DNA of 64,000 nucleotides from Candidatus Babeliales bacterium (GTDB lineage Bacteria; Babelota; Babeliae; Babelales; Vermiphilaceae): NCBI GenBank assembly GCA_963743635.1, contig CAVUQO010000003.1, positions 608,001 to 672,000 of the forward strand, read 5' to 3'. Shown piece by piece: positions 58,103 to 64,000 of this stretch (position 1 is its first letter; each line of letters starts with the position of its first letter). The notes under the pieces were generated by a model. It saw only the letters and a program-made list of their open reading frames with translations, ran no database searches and was not told where the DNA came from. The position numbers and the translations under genes were made by a program.

Positions 58103-59956
58103 ATGAAGAAAATGATAATGATTGTGGTATTGGCGTTGGGTTCTTTGACGTGGCGCATGGGGGCTATGGAGGCACAAGCTGAAGCGGAGGCTGGAGATGT
58201 AATGCTGCAGACGAATGATGGTCAACTCGTATCTATCAGTAGAAAGGATGCAAGATGTTTTCCTACGATTATTGATGCAGTAAGCATATTGAGCACAGAT
58301 GAGCCAATTCCAGTGAATGTTATGCAACCCGTCTTGCAGCGTCTGCTTCAAGATTTAGATTGGGTCAGAGCAGTATGTAATGAGAGGCGCCCAGATGAAA
58401 CAGAACAGCAATGTGCAGAACGAGCTGCACGAGCATTACCTCCATCGGCGTATGTCTATTCTGATAATAGTATGCGCATAACATTCGAAAATCTAGCAGC
58501 AGCCCATTATTTAGGATCATTGGAATTGCAAGAACGATATGCCCGCATCCTTGCAGGAATGCTCGTATCTGATCAATCATTAGCACTATTATACAGCAAC
58601 AATCCTGCTCATATTGCATTTATTCAAAAGATTGAGCCACTGCGGGGTGATGGTGATCAAAAGGTATATGCAGAAAATCGTAATGCTGGTCCATTAAATG
58701 TTTTTGCGAAATTAATCTATAAATATTTTTCACACGGAGAAGTATGGGAGCGGCGTGTATTTTTCAGAGCGCATACGAATAAGATTTATTCACTATCATT
58801 TTCATTGGATGGCGCTCGGGTGGTGACTGCATCTGGTGATCGAACGGCAAAGATATGGGATGCAAATAGTGGGGCGTTATTGCATACATTGCAGGGGCCT
58901 CATGGGCATACTGATTTTGTTTATTCAGCATCATTTTCACCGAATGGCGATCGGGTGGTGACTGCATCTCGTGATCGAATGGCAAAGATATGGGATGCAA
59001 ATAGTGGCGCGTTATTGCATACATTGCAGGGGCATACTAATCTGATTGTTTCAGCATCATTTTCACCGGACGGTAGTAGGGTGGTGACTGCGTCCAGTGA
59101 TCGAACAGCAAAGATATGGGATGCAAATAGTGGCGCGTTATTGTGTACCTTGCAGGGACATAGACATGAGGTTCGTCCAGCATCATTTTCATCGGATGGC
59201 ACTCGGGTGGTGACTGCATCTGGTGATCGAACGGCAAAGATATGGGATGCAAATAGTGGGGCGTTATTGCATACATTGCAGGGGCATACTGATTTGGTTT
59301 ATTCAGCATCATTTTCACCGAATGGCGATAGGGTGGTGACTGCATCTGGTGATCGAACGGCAAAGATATGGGATGCAAATAGTGGGGCGTTATTGCATAC
59401 ATTGCAGGGGCCTCAAGGGCATACTGATTTGATTTATTCAGCATCATTTTCACCGAATGGCGATAGGGTGGTGACTGCATCTCGTGATCGAATGGCAAAG
59501 ATATGGGATGCAAATAGTGGGGTGTTAGTGCATACATTGCAGGGGCATACTAATCTGATTGTTTCAGCAACATTTTCACCGGACGGTAGTAGGGTGGTGA
59601 CTGTGTCCAGTGATGGAACGGCACGCATATGGAATGCAAATAGTGGGGAGTTATTGGATACATTGCAGGGGAATGTAGCATCATTTTCACCGGATGGCAC
59701 TCGAGTGGCGACTGCGTCTAATGATGGAATGGTGCGCATATGGAGATCAATTCCGACGGACAGTTTTGATCGGGCATTATTTATTTGTATGTTGCGGTGG
59801 GCACAGCGTAATAATAAGCCAGTGGGCTGGCAAACGGAATGGGGGCGTATGGTAATGGATACGTATAATCCCGATGTTGAAGCCATGATCAAACAGGCAT
59901 TCCCTAAATCGTTGACGGAGAAATTGAAGGAAAAAGTGGGCGAATTATTTAAGTAG
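58103..59956 (+). CDS. Secreted Skp1/POZ-like + 8xWD40 protein, copy 2
   Basis: N-terminal ~195 aa nearly identical to copy 1; AAGGAG RBS. Confidence 0.85.
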   Translation: MKKMIMIVVLALGSLTWRMGAMEAQAEAEAGDVMLQTNDGQLVSISRKDARCFPTIIDAVSILSTDEPIPVNVMQPVLQRLLQDLDWVRAVCNERRPDETEQQCAERAARALPPSAYVYSDNSMRITFENLAAAHYLGSLELQERYARILAGMLVSDQSLALLYSNNPAHIAFIQKIEPLRGDGDQKVYAENRNAGPLNVFAKLIYKYFSHGEVWERRVFFRAHTNKIYSLSFSLDGARVVTASGDRTAKIWDANSGALLHTLQGPHGHTDFVYSASFSPNGDRVVTASRDRMAKIWDANSGALLHTLQGHTNLIVSASFSPDGSRVVTASSDRTAKIWDANSGALLCTLQGHRHEVRPASFSSDGTRVVTASGDRTAKIWDANSGALLHTLQGHTDLVYSASFSPNGDRVVTASGDRTAKIWDANSGALLHTLQGPQGHTDLIYSASFSPNGDRVVTASRDRMAKIWDANSGVLVHTLQGHTNLIVSATFSPDGSRVVTVSSDGTARIWNANSGELLDTLQGNVASFSPDGTRVATASNDGMVRIWRSIPTDSFDRALFICMLRWAQRNNKPVGWQTEWGRMVMDTYNPDVEAMIKQAFPKSLTEKLKEKVGELFK

Positions 59957-60026
59957 TGCGTATATTTTACATCACGCAATTCAGCATTAATTTAAAATGC
60001 CGGCTGGGATAAAAGGAGAATGGTCC

Positions 60027-61733
60027 ATGAAGAAAATGATAACGATTGCGGTGTTGGCGTTGGGCTCTTTGACGTGGCGCATGGGGGCAATGCAGCAACC
60101 AGCCAAAGCGGCGGTTAGAGAAGTAATACTGCAGACGAATGATGGTCAAGAAGTGAGCATGAGTGAGGCTGATGCAAGACTTTTTGGCACGATTAGAGAT
60201 GTAATAGATGAGTGTGGCAATGAGCAACCAATTCCACTCAGTAATGTTTCACTCGTAGTATTGCGGCGTCTGCTTGCTGATATACCGTGGGCGAGAGAAA
60301 CGCGTATTGGTAGACAAGCGCATGAAACTGAAGAGCAATGTGCAGAGCGAGCTGCAGGAGCATTGCCGGCATCGGGTTATTCTGTTGATGGTCTGCGCCA
60401 AGCAAGGGAAAATTTCGAGGCTGCTCGCTATTTGCTATCGCCTGAATTGATGGAGAGATATGCACGCATTGTTGCGGGTATGTTAGCATCAGATCAATCA
60501 TTAGCATTATTGTATAACAACGATTCTGCATGCATCGCATTGATTAACAATATTGGGGCTGACGATGTTTTTGCGAGATGGATTTGTAAACACCTTCCAC
60601 ATGTATGGGGGCAGCAGCTTGTGCTTCAGGATACAAGTGCGGTTTATTCAGCTTCATTTTCACCGAATGGCAATAGGGTGGTGACTGCATGTGATGAGGG
60701 AACGGCAAAGATATGGGATGTAAATAGGGGGGCGTTATTGCATACATTGCAGGGGCATACTGATGTGGTTAGATCAGCATCATTTTCACCGGATGGAAGT
60801 AGGGTGGTAACTGCGTCCAATGATCAAACGGCAAAGATATGGAATGCAAATAATGGGGCGTTATTGCATACCTTGCAGGCACCTCAGGGGCATGCTTGGC
60901 GGGTTAATTCAGCATCATTTTCACCAGATGGTAGTAGGGTGGTGACTGCGTCCAGTGATCGAACGGCAAAGATATGGGATGCAAATAGTGGAGGGTTATT
61001 GCGTACATTGCAGTGGGCTCAGGGGAATACTAATTGGTATGATAATTCGATTAATTCAGCATCATTTTCATGGGATGGCAATAGGGTGGTGACTGCGTCT
61101 AATGATAGAACGGCAAAGATATGGAATGCAAATAGTGGGGAGGTATTGCGTACATTGCGGGGCCATAACGCTGCGGTTTATTCAGCATCATTTTCACGGG
61201 ATGGCAATAGGGTGGTGACTGCGTCTGTTGATGGAACGGCAAGGATATGGAATGCAAATAATGGGGACTTATTGCATAGATTGGGGGAGGATCCTGAGGG
61301 ACATTTTGGGTGGGTGCCTGTTTATTCAGCATCATTTTCACCGGATGGCACTCGGGTGGTGACTGCGTCTCGTGATCGAATGGCAAAGATATGGAATGCA
61401 AATAGTGGGGATTTATTGGATACATTGCATGGGCATACTGATCTGGTTAGATCAGCATCATTTTCACCGGATGGCACTCGGGTGCTGACTGCATCTTTTG
61501 ATGGAACGGCACGCATATGGCAATCGACTTGGACGGACAATTTTGATCAGGCGTTATTTATTCATATGTTACGATGGGCACAGCGTAATAATAAGCCAGT
61601 AGGCTGGCAAACAGGATGGGGACGTATGGTTATGGATACGTATAATTTTCATGATCAAGAGTTGATCAAACAGGCATTTCCTCAATCATTGATGGAGAAA
61701 TTGAAGGAAAGAGTCGGCAGATTATTTAAGTAG
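60027..61733 (+). CDS. Secreted Skp1/POZ-like + 7xWD40 protein, copy 3
   Basis: EVILQTNDGQEV..GTIRDVIDE..PIPLSNVS..LRRLL; ENFEAARYL; WD repeats. Confidence 0.85.
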   Translation: MKKMITIAVLALGSLTWRMGAMQQPAKAAVREVILQTNDGQEVSMSEADARLFGTIRDVIDECGNEQPIPLSNVSLVVLRRLLADIPWARETRIGRQAHETEEQCAERAAGALPASGYSVDGLRQARENFEAARYLLSPELMERYARIVAGMLASDQSLALLYNNDSACIALINNIGADDVFARWICKHLPHVWGQQLVLQDTSAVYSASFSPNGNRVVTACDEGTAKIWDVNRGALLHTLQGHTDVVRSASFSPDGSRVVTASNDQTAKIWNANNGALLHTLQAPQGHAWRVNSASFSPDGSRVVTASSDRTAKIWDANSGGLLRTLQWAQGNTNWYDNSINSASFSWDGNRVVTASNDRTAKIWNANSGEVLRTLRGHNAAVYSASFSRDGNRVVTASVDGTARIWNANNGDLLHRLGEDPEGHFGWVPVYSASFSPDGTRVVTASRDRMAKIWNANSGDLLDTLHGHTDLVRSASFSPDGTRVLTASFDGTARIWQSTWTDNFDQALFIHMLRWAQRNNKPVGWQTGWGRMVMDTYNFHDQELIKQAFPQSLMEKLKERVGRLFK

Positions 61734-61759
61734 TATGTATATTTTACATCACGAATTTC

Positions 61760-61788
61760 AAAAGGGTCTCTTAATCGGGGCCCTTTTT
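61760..61788. terminator. Bidirectional terminator between WD40 copy 3 and troA
   Basis: AAAAGGGTCTC / GGGGCCCTTTT hairpin. Confidence 0.75.
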
Positions 61789-61789
61789 G

Positions 61790-62722
61790 TTATGATGCTA
61801 AAGCGCCAATAATCACCGCTATATTATGCCGCACCATTCCAATATAGGTATCAGCACCACTGCCGACTGGGCCGAGGGCATCTGAATAAAGTTGATCGCC
61901 GATCTTAACTTCAAACTCCCGTGCACGAGCTGCTTGCTGGACTGCCTGAATATTGCGTTCAGGAATGGAAGCTTCTACGAATAATGCGCGTACTTTATTG
62001 GTTACGATGAAATCAACGAGTGCTTGCACATCTTTAATGCCGGCTTCAGATTCGGTACTGATGCCTTGTAATGCAACTACTTGAAAGCCATAGGCGCGGC
62101 CAAAATAGTGAAATGCATCATGAGCGGTAACCAGAATGCGTTGTGCTGGTGCAAGGCGGGAAACTTGTTCGTTAATGAAAGCGTCGAGCGCTTCAAGTTC
62201 TTGCGTGTAATCAGCAGCACGCGCTGCATAAGCGTCAGCATGTTCCGGATCATGCTGCATAAGCGCATCACGTATGATAGAAACGGCATCAATCCATATG
62301 CTGACGTCAAACCAGATATGGGGATCATGCATGGTTTCATATTCGGCAGATGCGATAAGGCGTGAGCGGTCAAGATGGTCGGCAATAGAGAGGGTTGGTA
62401 CATAGCGATTCATTGAATGGAGTACGTCTGCCAATTTGCCTTCAAGGTGCAATCCGTTATAGATGATCAGGTTTGCTGATGCGAGCGTTTGAATATCATG
62501 TTCGCGTGCGCGATAAAGATGCGGATCGATATCCGGGCCCATGAGGCTTGTAACGTCTGCGTAATCACCCACCAATTGACGCACGGTATCGCCAATGATG
62601 CTCGTGGTGCAGACAATTGAAAAGCGTGCGGGTTGGGAAACTGGCTGCTGGCGGTTAACCCAATAATAGATGCCCAAACCAAGGGCAAGCAATAGGGCAG
62701 TAATGAGGATCGATTGTTTCAT
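61790..62722 (-). CDS. troA: Metal ABC transporter substrate-binding protein (TroA-like)
   Basis: DPHLY, NGLHLE, DPHIW, TAHDAFHYF, YSDALG. Confidence 0.92.
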   Translation of the reverse strand: MKQSILITALLLALGLGIYYWVNRQQPVSQPARFSIVCTTSIIGDTVRQLVGDYADVTSLMGPDIDPHLYRAREHDIQTLASANLIIYNGLHLEGKLADVLHSMNRYVPTLSIADHLDRSRLIASAEYETMHDPHIWFDVSIWIDAVSIIRDALMQHDPEHADAYAARAADYTQELEALDAFINEQVSRLAPAQRILVTAHDAFHYFGRAYGFQVVALQGISTESEAGIKDVQALVDFIVTNKVRALFVEASIPERNIQAVQQAARAREFEVKIGDQLYSDALGPVGSGADTYIGMVRHNIAVIIGALAS

Positions 62723-63054
62723 GAAAGGGCTCTTTCAGGGCTTAAATATAGCCCATAATAGCACGGAAATTGTCCTTTAGTAAGAATGGCCATGCCTGAG
62801 GGTCCTCCTTGTTTCATATTCTGATTGTCTTTTGCCGATGGATAAAAAAAGGTGAATTTGGGGTATTTGAGTTTTGTTGAGGCAGGGCGGCTTTGCCTTT
62901 TTTTTTGATCTTTTTTCCCCTATTTTGGCTGTTTTTGGGGGCTGGGGACCGCCAATCAGGTTCGCCAACTCCATGACACCCTTTTGACAAACTGAATATA
63001 AGATGGCATGCTTAATGGTGATAAATAGGAATATTATTCATAATAGAGGTTATT

Positions 63055-64000
63055 ATGAAACATACTAAAAAAATTATATCTGTTTTACTGCTTGGTGCAG
63101 TTGTTTGCGCCCCTCAGGCGCAGGCTATGCAGCAAGTGGCGCGTTTTGCGCGCACGGCGGTTAATACTGCCGTTAAGGCAAATAATGCCCTAGTAATTGC
63201 TCAATCAGCCAAATCGGTACTGCCTCATCAGGCGAGCCTGACGTTAAGGCGAGAAGTGGCCACGCGTGTAATTGTGCCATCGATGAGAAATACGATATCA
63301 GTCCCAAAGATAAATAATTATGGCCTGAATTCAGCCATGCATCCAGCTTTAAATGGCAGATCGTTGAGTAGTACAGCTGTGCAACGGGCTGCAATTACTG
63401 CGCAACAGTCGGTCGGTATTCGTGCTATGAGTAATGCTATCAATCATCAATCAATTGATGGATCTCATTCAGTGTTGCCAGAAGATCTTATAAAAGAAAC
63501 AGCTGAAAAGTGGCATTTTATGCTCAGGTGCGAAGAAAGTAAGTTGATGGATATTATAAAAACGTATCCCACAATTAAGGAGCACATTGCTGCCTCTCTG
63601 ACAAAAAATGGTGGTCCAACTAACTTCGATCTAGGGTCTATGTATTCGGAGTATATGAATATAACGTATAAAATGGCCGATATGCTGCTCGAAGACAATA
63701 ATGATAAGATAATGACTCTTTTTGCCGGTATGGTTGAAGATAATATTATAAAATATGTGGAACAAGAAGGAGAAGAGAGTCGTTTCCGTTTTTGTATGCA
63801 TGTAGCCTGGAAGTTGCCGAATTGCCGAGTGCTTGCAAAAAAATTTACTCCTTATGCTGTGGCAAATCTTGGATCTTTGACGCAGTCTAGGAGCGGATCT
63901 TATTTCTTGGACTACGTAATGGAGCACAATCCAGAAGCATCAAAGCAATTTACTCCTCATGCTGTGGCGCATATTGAATGGTTGGTGAAAGATTGGAATG
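63055..64000 (+). CDS. Hypothetical secreted protein, partial (runs off window end; not in ORF track)
   Basis: GAGG RBS; MKHTKKIISVLLLGAVVCAPQAQA-MQQVARFAR..., frame appears open to the end of the window. Confidence 0.7.
   Translation, partial: MKHTKKIISVLLLGAVVCAPQAQAMQQVARFARTAVNTAVKANNALVIAQSAKSVLPHQASLTLRREVATRVIVPSMRNTISVPKINNYGLNSAMHPALNGRSLSSTAVQRAAITAQQSVGIRAMSNAINHQSIDGSHSVLPEDLIKETAEKWHFMLRCEESKLMDIIKTYPTIKEHIAASLTKNGGPTNFDLGSMYSEYMNITYKMADMLLEDNNDKIMTLFAGMVEDNIIKYVEQEGEESRFRFCMHVAWKLPNCRVLAKKFTPYAVANLGSLTQSRSGSYFLDYVMEHNPEASKQFTPHAVAHIEWLVKDWN

Noticed and set aside
57949..58158. 69-aa minus-strand ORF ending RHNIAAIVGALTS
   Set aside because: Not a gene; its tail is the duplicated troA 3' end, reported as a repeat.
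56800..61520. Regularly spaced DNA repeats as a CRISPR array or DGR target
   Set aside because: The units are in-frame WD40 coding repeats of about 126 bp. There are no unique spacers, cas genes, reverse transcriptase or evident adenine-specific template pair in the window.
56955..61540. Antisense ORFs with repeated HYLHPISLPFD/QSPP motifs
   Set aside because: They are shadows of the WD40 repeats on the opposite strand.

Overview
64 kb of bacterial chromosome. The gene style (many short signal-peptide proteins plus WD40, LRR, UIM and Skp1-like eukaryote-type domains) suggests an intracellular parasite of protists such as Ca. Babelota/Dependentiae (TM6); this is inference only. The housekeeping backbone is mrdA (partial), xerC, nth, thrS, PIN-PhoH, yidD-rnpA-rpmH, trxB, tig, tRNA-Leu, tRNA-Lys, frr-pyrH-tsf, argS, mnmA, a pgsA-like gene, ssb, grpE, sulP and a TroABCD-like metal ABC operon. 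Several essential genes carry 1-bp frameshifts that are most likely assembly errors. The best candidate for a new system is two paralogous 7TM-GAF/PAS-degenerate sigma54-AAA-HTH membrane transcription factors. Each is transcribed divergently from an unannotated 34-40 aa ORF (hydrophobic leader plus aromatic-Pro-Pro..Asp tail), which looks like a one-component peptide-signalling module. Other accessory content: (i) a secreted PD-(D/E)xK polymorphic toxin with immunity-like genes; (ii) two secreted AAA ATPases; (iii) a 5.6 kb island with a zinc-ribbon/SNF2-helicase/RRP8-like methyltransferase fusion, inserted at the troD 3' end with a 56-bp duplication; (iv) three Skp1-WD40 fusion genes inserted at the troA 3' end with duplication of that end; (v) a tandem-UIM protein; (vi) a candidate mitochondrion-targeted effector; (vii) two families of dispersed palindromic repeats, one next to a small GIY-YIG nuclease. 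All domain calls are motif recognition by eye, not database searches.
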